Source: Amphiscolops sp. MND2022 (taxonomy: Eukaryota). Taken from it: a DNA stretch of 64,000 nt. Location: positions 31,558,001 to 31,622,000 of the forward strand of contig OZ076411.1 of the NCBI GenBank assembly GCA_964187785.1, in the 5' to 3' direction. Made by a program: the position numbers and the translations under genes. This document shows positions 49,173 to 59,000 of this stretch, piece by piece; the stretch's first letter is position 1, and every line of letters begins with the position of its first letter. Below the pieces are notes generated by a model. That model saw only the letters and a program-made list of their open reading frames with translations. It ran no database searches and was not told the origin of the DNA.

Positions 49173-50111
49173 CTAATTACCTGCTTTTTCCTTGTTTTTA
49201 AGCAACCATTTTTGTCGGAAACGTTGTATAGCAAATAATTTTAGCCTTCGCTTTGGCACTCGTACTTTCGTGAAGGCTCTGGAACAACTTTTACATTGAC
49301 CATCGTACTGCAAGCATTCCAAGTGTTCCTGCACAGCGGTGTTCCGACGACATTTCTTAATTTTTTTCAATACCAGTCCATCTGAAGCAGTATTCAACCA
49401 GATTTTGCGTTTATTTTGGTCCAACCCAGTAGAATAATATGATAACACTTGATCTCGTCGTATTAGGTCTTTTTCATTATTACCTTCGAATCCGACAACA
49501 AGTGCGGGCCCTTCACTTAACGTTATGACGGTATGAGCCCATAAAGCAGGCTGTATCATTAGTGAAGTACAATCAGTAAAGAAAAACTTGACACTCCGTC
49601 GCATTAGCTTCGAAGGTGGTTTCGAAAGACAATCCACTAAAGCCTTCTTCGATGTGAAAAGAGACTCTAATCGACGCGATGCTCGTCCTCGTTTTGCAAT
49701 AAGCATCAACTTTTTACCGACGGGCACGAAAGTTATACTGTCATCGCCCCCTGTTTCAATATGACCTGCTGTGAACCACATTCCATATGATATGATACCG
49801 TCAAGCTTTGTCAGCGTCAAGCATTTGGGCATCTCCATGTCAACAAGCCCTTCTAAATTAAAGGAATATGCATTCGCGTTTAAATTGGTAGAATTGTCTT
49901 GACTTTCAAGGCGACCGTACAACTGCTGTTTGGAAATCAGGAAGTTCTTTCTAATATTGATAATAAACCGTAGTCTAGTAGTGATACAGCTCAGTTTTTC
50001 ACAAAACCATGGATCAACTCGAAATAGCTGCTGGTTCTTGATGACAATCGGCTCATGACACCAATCCCCAGAAACTGTCTTACTTGAGACTTCCTGCTCC
50101 AACTTTTTCAT
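49173..50111 (-). CDS. Intronless divergent JmjC / cupin Fe(II)-2OG dioxygenase-like protein (312 aa; an upstream in-frame ATG at 50285 is separated by one stop)
   Basis: FTAGHIETGGDDSITFVPVGKKLML and MIQPALWAHTVITLSEGPALVVG match the JmjC T.xHxD/E....GxK and P..W.H.V.T motifs. Single TAA at 50160-50162 in the 58-codon upstream extension. Confidence 0.7.
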   Translation of the reverse strand: MKKLEQEVSSKTVSGDWCHEPIVIKNQQLFRVDPWFCEKLSCITTRLRFIINIRKNFLISKQQLYGRLESQDNSTNLNANAYSFNLEGLVDMEMPKCLTLTKLDGIISYGMWFTAGHIETGGDDSITFVPVGKKLMLIAKRGRASRRLESLFTSKKALVDCLSKPPSKLMRRSVKFFFTDCTSLMIQPALWAHTVITLSEGPALVVGFEGNNEKDLIRRDQVLSYYSTGLDQNKRKIWLNTASDGLVLKKIKKCRRNTAVQEHLECLQYDGQCKSCSRAFTKVRVPKRRLKLFAIQRFRQKWLLKNKEKAGN

Positions 50112-50644
50112 AATATCACCCCAAGTGCGGCTTTGTTTCCCATCTATGGATGGTACGGGTTACCATCCCAGTTTAGAAAGATTTTCCTCGGTCAAGGTAG
50201 ACAAACAAAGCTGTCGATCAAAAATTGCCCCAAATCGTGTTGTGATTGCCTCCCTTAAAAAAAAGATTGTAAAGCGTTTTCTCATGTGACCTCAGGGAAT
50301 TTTGGGCAAACTCGACACTTAAACTAGATACATTGAAAAACAAACCAATACGGAACCAACCGCCTACCTTGAATTTTTTGTGAGGGAGCTGTTTCTCGAG
50401 TTTTCTCCCATGAAAGCTCCGATGCCAAATTGATCTGTAATGGCATCAACAATTTTCAACAAAACATAATTCTCACAGGTTTACGCATACTCAAAGGAAT
50501 ACTCGAAGACATTCGTAATGGTCAGAGAACAATGAGTAGACCTATTTCTACTCTAAGGAACAAAATTAACTAAAGTACATTCTACAGTCCAAATTTTCTC
50601 CACGAAAAGTAACACTGTCCATTAGTAGCATCACTTGTTGCCAA

Positions 50645-50848
50645 TTACAGCCACTGTTTCACTAGTACCAGGAGCAAAATGAGGAATATCGGAAGCAGCA
50701 AGATAACCCAGGTGTAGTCCCGAGGTACGACGGGATCCTCCTTTGTTTGACATGCCTCAATTACATCATTGATGCAGGCCTTTCCGATGCATGTTTTACC
50801 TGGACAGCAAAGAATTGTCACTCCATTGGTGCTCTGATAGAAGCACAT
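50645..50848 (-). CDS. Small Cys-rich single-pass membrane ORF (67 aa)
   Basis: Six Cys in the first 33 aa, then hydrophobic YTWVILLLPIFLILLLVLV. Confidence 0.4.
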   Translation of the reverse strand: MCFYQSTNGVTILCCPGKTCIGKACINDVIEACQTKEDPVVPRDYTWVILLLPIFLILLLVLVKQWL

Positions 50849-51010
50849 TTTTTTTCACAGAGCAACTTTCTGAAAAACTTGAAAAAAACTCCCCATCAAG
50901 TCCAAAAAAATGCACGCAGGAAAAAAACGGAGAGGAAAACTTACAAAAACACCTGATTGTGGCCCGTTCAGGTTTTTTCCGTTCGGCATGCAAAAAAAAC
51001 GCAATTTTTT

Positions 51011-53348
51011 ATGACAACGTTTTTTTTTTCAGTCCTCTCACTTCTCGTAGTGATAGTGTGCCCGACTGCTTGGAAATCCGATATCATTGCCGATCAAGAT
51101 TCCGGAGCTATTCTTGCCAATGGTATCATATTCAATCACGTTACGAAAATCTTGTTATCTGAGAAGTTTATCAACGTCGATTTTCTGGTCCCCTTTTTCA
51201 AAGTTTGAAATGAACGTGAGTGCCGAATTAGGCACCTACATAAGCAAACTTGCCCCGCTATGGAGCTCTACAAGCTGGCAGTGTCATCTCGATTATTCTT
51301 CGAACTTTCAGAAAAACGATTCAACTTTCGATATCGATTGGCTGCTCCGTCAAGTTGAGAACGAAGTCACCCTTGCTGAACAAGAGCTAGACGCTCTTCG
51401 CGTTTACACTTCCTCATTCTTGAATGCAGAAAACGATGCCGCTCAAGCACGAAATCGGCAACCGAGGGCAGCGCCACTCGCTATGATGGCGCTAGCATCA
51501 GTGGGACTGTTCGGATCTGGCATCGCCTTGGGAAGCGGTGAATGTGGACTCCGAGGTCTTTTTGGATCATGCCATGACCGTTCCAAGGCAAATGCTGCGA
51601 ATATCGAAAAGCTGGCAGAATTCACAGAGAGCTTAACACAAGATGTTTTCAAATTACGAAATGAAGTGAACGACAAGGTTTTTATGGTTACGACGGAATT
51701 AGACGCCCTAAAGTCCGTTCAACAGGAAATGCTTGAAGTCCAAAATCGTAACTGGAAACTTATCGCGGAACACTTCGAAGTTTTCCAGCATAACATTCAC
51801 GTCTTGAGAGATTGTGATCAACTTTTATTCACCAGACAACAGATTAACTTTAACTACGACACAATTTCTTCTCTTCTGGCTTTAATATTTGCAAACATTA
51901 AAAGTTATAGAGGCGCTCTCTACACCTACAAAATAAATATGATGAATTCAATCCAACCTATACTGAATCAATATTTACCGATGTCATTGGTCCCCAGAGC
52001 AGCGCTTACAGCTATACTAGATGACGTCGCTTCAGAACAATGGCGAAAATCCGACAGGCTTTCATTGGCAATCCCAATGGACGATATTATTACCTATTAT
52101 GAATCGCAATTACTCCGGGATGTTCTCGTTGTTGAACAAGGACTGATCATGCGCATTGCAATTCCACTCGCCACAAAAGATTCAGCGTTTACCGTTTTCC
52201 GCGCTATTGCAGTGCCCAAGCCCCAGCCTGAACAAGATTCAGCAATTAAATGGAAATTGGAAGCACCATACCTGGCTATTTCCGAGAATAATAAAGAAAC
52301 CGCATTTCTGACAGATTATGATCTTAGTCGCTGTATCGGATCAACGCGCTATCAGATATGTCTAGATATGATCGCAACTGAAACAGGTCATGATTCCTGT
52401 TTGGCGACCCTCTACTTCAAAGATAGCGTCGCGGCATTACAAGTTTGCGAAACGGAACAAATAGTCTTACCAGCCACCGAAAAGGCTGAAAACTTAGGCT
52501 TTGGCGTATGGTTGATAACATCTGCTACTACCGCCTATACGTTGTTCGAATCGGACACAGAGTCCACTACTTCTTCCGGAATTGTGAAATATCCCGGATG
52601 TCGAATTTGCATAGTTACACTTAAATGCGGCAAACAATTGTCAGGAGACCATATTAAAATCAGATCTGATCTAAGTACTTGTGAGGAAATGCCAGCCATT
52701 AAAGTAAACGTCAAACTTCCGGATCCTCTCCAAGAACTGTGGAGTGAATTGCCGGAAATAGATGAAATGCCCTACTACTCTACCAAGACCGAAGCAGGAG
52801 TAGCAATGTTGAAAGAAGTTCGTGAAACGCTACTCGATAGTCCAAAAATGCGTGACCCGAAAAAACTCTTAGAAATTGCTCGACCTATCACTACTAAAAT
52901 GACGCAATTACGGCCATCTTTTACGAAGGAGTTCGAATTCCATCTTTCCATCAGACATTCATTGCTCATGAGTCTGATTTCATTCGTAGGATCGATGGTA
53001 CTTCATGTAATTGTTGTCTGGATCTATCACCGATACAAGCATCGTAACCCTTCCACTCCCCTCTGGTGTGGATTATTCTGTCCGAAACATTCACAAGGAG
53101 CTATCGACCCGGCTCCGGAATATGAGTCGCAAATGACGGCTCTCGACTCCGCACATCATGATTATGCGCAAAAGGTTCGATCCTTCTCCCGAGAGACACT
53201 TAAAGATATAGGAACAGGAGTCGCTATCAATACGCTGACGCGTAAAGTCTCGGAGCCTACAGCTCCACAGCAACTGTTTGCATCGAACTATCAAGTAAAT
53301 AACATGCCTGGTCATTACAAATCGCTGAATGACGTTCGCAGCCCTTAA
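51011..53348 (+). CDS. env: Retrotransposon envelope, F-type class I fusion glycoprotein (one frameshift near 51195)
   Basis: Signal peptide MTTFFFSVLSLLVVIVC in the 50957-51208 frame; RQPR cleavage site 51456-51467; fusion peptide AAPLAMMALASVGLFGSGIALG; heptad repeat; Cys-rich ectodomain; TM SLLMSLISFVGSMVLHVIVVWIY; cytoplasmic tail. Confidence 0.85.
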
Positions 53349-53959
53349 TGGCTAAGCTATATTGAAAAGCGTCTTTTTTCCAAACCGTGGAAAAGGGACC
53401 ATTGCTTTTACTTTTTTCCAAAGCGGACCATTTATACTGACTTCATCTCATTTTTAACTGAAATCATGTTCATTCACTCCAATCATGGTGCAAATAATTT
53501 TATAAAATAATCCTTTTGGGACTGGACGACTGTGTGTTGGCTAATTTACATCTTATTCTGGATGATTTCTCTGGTCTTTCATCAATTCAAGATACAATAA
53601 TGATTCTGGATGCTCTTGGTATATAACTCCACTTTCTTCTCCGATACAATGAATATCCTTCACTTCATATCTTTATTGCATGGGATCTCAACAAAATGCG
53701 ACTTTACTCTTCTTCCTACACTGGTTGCGAGTCTGATATTCTGGATACAACAGTTGGGAAAAATATACTGTACTTGACTACACCTTTTTCGATGAGGAAT
53801 GGGATACTAATAAAATTTTGGGTTATCTTCTTCCATTGCAGACGACTTTCTTCGCCTTCTTCCGGATGTACCCAGCGGCGAAGTAACAGCAACGAGGGTA
53901 GTGTAACATTCCATGTCACGATCGGAATGCTGAAAGCAAAGTCTAAGTGAGATAGCCCG

Positions 53960-54487
53960 TGTAAATTAGTCTCTTAATCTCCTAATCACCCCTCAATCAT
54001 TTGGAGCTAGTCTAACAAGCAGACCAACCAATAAGCAGACCAGTGAATTAAAACATTGTCCCTGATCTTAATTTCAGCCGAATACAAGTACTTTAATTCT
54101 CTGTGAACACAATTTTGACCAATCAAATTAATCGTGTCTGCTCATTAGCACGAATAATACTTTTATGCTATTTGACTGGTCTGCTTGTTAGACGCACTAC
54201 AATCATTTAACGACCCAACATTTCTTTATTGAACTGTAAACTTTGAAACTTATCTTAAAGTCAAAATGGCGCTAACCGATGTCATTTATTATTGATTACT
54301 ACTGATAAGTGAATGAAGGGAAGAACTCAAACGGATATGACAGTATATAAGCGAAAAACACATTTAAAATATTTTGAGCGAGCGAGAGAGAGAGAAATAA
54401 AACGTATTCTGCACTAACCAGTTTTGGTGAGAACTTCAAGGAGCAAGTCAAACCGCGGAGCCCCGCATCCATAGAGCATTTTCAACA
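53960..54487 (+). repeat. Possible 3' LTR of the env-bearing element (boundaries uncertain)
   Basis: TGT at 53960, TATATAA ~54344, AATAAA ~54396 and a candidate ..TTCAACA end at 54487. Only one copy is in the window. Confidence 0.35.
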
Positions 54488-54954
54488 ATCATCTGAAAAC
54501 TTCCAAATATTAAGTACCCGCTCTAGCTGAAGAAGAAAGATATGATATAGCCCTTTGAAATACAGGGTTCCTTGGGTGAAAGCAGTGTTCATAACACGTC
54601 TCTGTAAAATGCTTTGTCCGCATTTCATGGATAAAACTTCCCGTATTTCATCAGTACAATTTTGCACGATGGTAAAACCTTCCTAGTTTTCTTCTTGTTT
54701 CCCCTGGATTTCAGAAATAACTAAATGGTGTTGCTCTTTGATGTTGGCGTTTGTAGTTGAGGTAGAATTTTCGTCATGACGCTAGTAATATTCTCCACAT
54801 AAGGAAATTGATTCTCATACATTTCTGTGCTTTTTTTAAATATCGCAGATAAAATGATGAAATGGTTCCATGAAATTAGCTGCTCTTGTCTTTTAGCAGT
54901 ATTAAATTACTGTTCTGTTAAAGCCACTCACGTTTTTTGTTGCATTTCCAGATT

Positions 54955-55353
54955 ATGTATAGAATAGTTCACAGAAATCCGACGTTGGTCGTTCGTTTAA
55001 TCCAAACCGCACGCCTTGTCAACAACCGCAAATTATCTACAAATGCTTCAAACGAAGAGCCTGAGGTTATGAGAGCACGACTTCTTTACCAAAGCCGTAA
55101 GCGTGGAATCCGTGAAAACGATCTTCTTCTGAGCTCATTTGCCAACTTGCACTTGGCTTCTATGACTGTGGATCAATTGAAACAGTATGATAACATTTTG
55201 AACGCGGTTGACAATGAATGGGATCTCTACAAATACATGGTCGGAAGCGAGGAAACGCCCCAGTTCCTCGATTCAGAAGTGATGTCATTATTGAAGACTT
55301 TTGCTTCGAATCCTGACCGTCAACAAAGACTTTTCATGCCGGAATTGAAATGA
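54955..55353 (+). CDS. SDHAF2: Succinate dehydrogenase assembly factor 2, mitochondrial (Sdh5/SdhE family)
   Basis: RARLLYQSRKRGIRENDLLLSSFA..QLKQYDNILNAVDNEWDLY signature, an Arg-rich N-terminal transit-like peptide, and an acceptor ttccag just before the ATG. Confidence 0.95.
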   Translation: MYRIVHRNPTLVVRLIQTARLVNNRKLSTNASNEEPEVMRARLLYQSRKRGIRENDLLLSSFANLHLASMTVDQLKQYDNILNAVDNEWDLYKYMVGSEETPQFLDSEVMSLLKTFASNPDRQQRLFMPELK

Positions 55354-56095
55354 TAGATTTTGGAGCCTTTTATAGTACTTAGAAACTGGTCCAAGATTGT
55401 ATTTTTTTAACCGATGCATTAACAGATGTTTAGCAATATGATTTTCAAAAGGAATTTATGAATGAACCACAACAGCTCCGCGGTCAGGTAGATATTTCAA
55501 CCTGGTCCTTTTTTGTTTTTTTTTTTCGAAAGGCCACATCCAAGTAAATTGAACTTTCTGAATTATATAAATGAGCTGCATAAAGAAGTGAATGGCCTTC
55601 TTTTTCGAAGATGAGAAAAGTCAAACGTTTTCATCTTGTGTTATTGAGTGGTGGAAATGCTTAAATTGACCGTAATTCCATTGATCTTACAAATGATCCA
55701 ATTAGGTATATGAACTGATGGAAAACTCCAGAGCCGTTGAAGCTTGAAGCAACATTTTCGTGAGTGCAAAACTCAACATTCATTTCGTGAGTGAAAAAAT
55801 GTTGAATATGGCTCACAGTTTTGATATTGTTTTACAAAGTCCAACTTTTATTGAAACTCTCGAAGTAGATGGAAATTTTTTCACAAAAAGATTTAATTTC
55901 CACAAATGCGTCGCAACAGTAGCAGTCTCAAAGCCGCTGTTCTGTGAAAATTCTTCAATGAACCTATTCCAAGTTTTAAATAATTTGCGTGCAGTCTAAT
56001 TGGCATTTGATTTATGGGTATTGAAATTTCCAGAAATGTATTGTTGAATATATCGAAAACGGAGCTGAACCGTTGATTATCGAAGCTTTAATATC

Positions 56096-59000
56096 ATGTC
56101 CCAGATCAGCGAGCCGTCATCGTCTAAAAGTATGAACGACAATGAACCTGGCCAACTTGAGTCTCCCAGTAGAGCAGCTCACGCAAAGAAAGCTGAAAAG
56201 ACATCAACTGCTAGTAGCAGCGAATCTGACTTCCGTGAGAATTTCTGTGAGGCAAGTTGCAGTCACCAATGTATTTTATCTTTTATGTAGTTTTTCCACT
56301 TTCAGAATTGTATTATGATTTTCATCCAAGTGAAAATCATACAATTCTGAAAGTGGAAGAATGATTCTGTACTGTTCCATCGATTACTCCGAGATGTAAG
56401 AAATAATGCTCTGTAAAAAAACCAGCGTTCCGTTTGGCGTTGCCATCATAATTGATTTTTAAGCGTTTTGGTATTGAGTACTCGTTACAGTATGGTTGTT
56501 AGATGTCTGAGGTTGTTAGAGCTCGCATCGTGGGGTTGTGCCCGAGGTTCGGATCTAACTCCGCTGGCATCTAACAGTCCTTCTATAACTTACTTAGAGC
56601 TCAACAGTGGTCTAACTAATTGGGTTTTTCACTTTTGGGTGTTTTGAGATCCACTTGTTGAGCATGTCTCCAACTCAAGCACTTTTAACATTTGTCCGTT
56701 ATTGGACTGGGTTCTGTTTCGTCGAATAAATCTCCATTTGTAGAACAGTTTCAAACGAAACACCATCAATTGAAAAAACCTTTTTGCAATTAGTGTCTTT
56801 TTTTGCAAGCTTTGGAAGCTAATATGTGTGTGTGTGTGTGTGTTAAAATCAAATCTTTTCGTAATACCGGAAAGGGATTTGTATGAACGAACTGTGTTGG
56901 GCGAATTGTGAACACGTTTTGTTGACTTCTCGTATGGTTTTTTGTTGTGTGTGGGATGGAGCCCAGGGTTTTGGAAACTATATAGTTTGTCTTTTATGAG
57001 TAATACTTGAGTATTGTCGATGAATAATATGTAATTTTGAGTTATCTAAGTTTGTTAGAGCCATAGCGAAGTATATTAGACCATGTACGAGCTCTAACTG
57101 TACCCACTTGAACGTTCCTTTCTGTTCACAGCCATGTGATCTGCAGCTGAACAACTCAGTTTCCTACAAACAGCATTTGCTTGGACTAAGGCATGCCAAG
57201 GTAAGTTCAACACACGAGTTTTTTTGTTTACCCCAGTTAACCCGTGTTTTTTGTTTTAAATTAATGACAGAACACTCGTTTGCAATATGCCACATGCAGA
57301 GGAATTGTGCCTGGAAGTGATGTGTTACGCCGACGGACAATTGACGCAACACTAGGACTTTTGGCGGAATCCGACCGGATATATATCTTGGCAAATGATT
57401 GCATATCTCAGATGTTGGAAAAAAATAATTTTTCATTACTTTGGAATGAACGTTTACTTTTGTTTTCAAATATACTCCTTGTCCAACTCCAAAAACAGTC
57501 TGTCATCGCTCACAGTTGAAGATAGCGTCCGGTCCGGTCTGTAAGCGGCTTTAATAATTGCCGGTAGTTAATAATTGCCGGTCTGTCCGGCAAGACGGAA
57601 ATTTTCCTGTCCGGTGCACCTCTAAGCGACACACTAGTATGCCGACAAGAAAGGTTATTTTGAGTCGTTGTTATTCAGTTTTGAAACCAGTGGCTTTGAA
57701 TGAACGTTTTTCAACCAATCAGATAATTCGAGTCTATTTTTGACACGGTTTATTTGATGGTCAGTTTGAAAGTTATCGGCCTTATGTGCGCGTTCCTTGT
57801 ACCTTTAAGGGAACTTGTGACTTTATTTAATACCAGGTATAAGTAGTGAATCCAGATCAATATGAATGAAATAATTCGTATCAGTTTTTTAGCATTGTCG
57901 TTCCTTGAAGTAGTGAAAGTTAACTCGAAAAAGCCAATGTTATTATTAGTGTCATTAGTTCTCATGGAAATGTCTAAAGGAATTATCTAATGCATTGACA
58001 ACGAACCATTTTAAAGATTTTTGTCACGCATGATTTTAATGGTGTTCGACAATCTCAAGTTTCTTCAAATAATTCCATGGATTACATTTTCTCCGAGTTG
58101 TTGGAAATCTTTGCAGACCAAAATGAATCATCGAACTTGTCGTTATCTGCTTGACTGCTCCCGAGGGCTAATTCATAGCAAAAACTCGAAGGCCGTGGAA
58201 CTGCTTCAGGATGAAACAAAGTTTCCCGTTAAAAAACAACGAAAAAGTCAAATATAGTTTTTGTATATACCCTTTGGTTTTCCTAATTTTGTACTTTGCT
58301 ACGTTTTTGGTGCTCTGAAAAGAATTAAGTCTTATCTCTCTTCTCATGTTAAGAGTTTTCCATAGAAAGCACTCACTATGTTAGTTTTCGCGTTACAGGT
58401 GATAGAAGAGATGGGGTTAAAAGTGCAAGATCCAATTGACAGTGCGCTTGGAGAGTTGCAATGTGCTCGTTTGGTTACACTTCTCCAAAAAGAAAGTGAG
58501 CCAATCATCGGTTAGCTTTTGATTATATCCAGTCTATCGTCTCTATTTACCCTATTGAATTGGCAAGTTTTTGGTGCAATATTGCAGGTTTGGATGCTTT
58601 GACTGAGAAGGTGTGCACAACCAGATCTAGTGAAGATCCCAGTTATTACTGTGAGTTATGTGACCAGGAGTTCGAGATGGATGCCGCATTTCATCACGTG
58701 ACTTGTACACAGCACCGCTTTCTGTTTTTAGTAAGTTCAGTGAGAAAACAATACGGTCAAAGAAGACCTTTTAGTTTTAAAGACTTTTGAGTCTGCTAAG
58801 TGTAGTACCTGAGTAATCCGCATTGTCCTCCGATGCTAGTGAAAATTATGTAGCTAAACCGACGATTAATTATAACGCCAATATTTTGGGCGACTAATAT
58901 ACCTTCATCGAAATTGCTGCTGGATGATAAATAAGTGGCGCAGCAATATTCGTATCTTTTTACAACAGAATCTGTGATTTTTCTGAAAAGTTTTTCGAAA

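Noticed and set aside
51185-51205. Programmed ribosomal frameshift in env
   Set aside because: No clear slippery heptamer with a downstream structure. A homopolymer indel or sequencing error is simpler.
38522-53348. env and JmjC belonging to the gag-pol of element 2
   Set aside because: Opposite orientation, element 2 already has both LTRs, and a 200-N gap lies between them.
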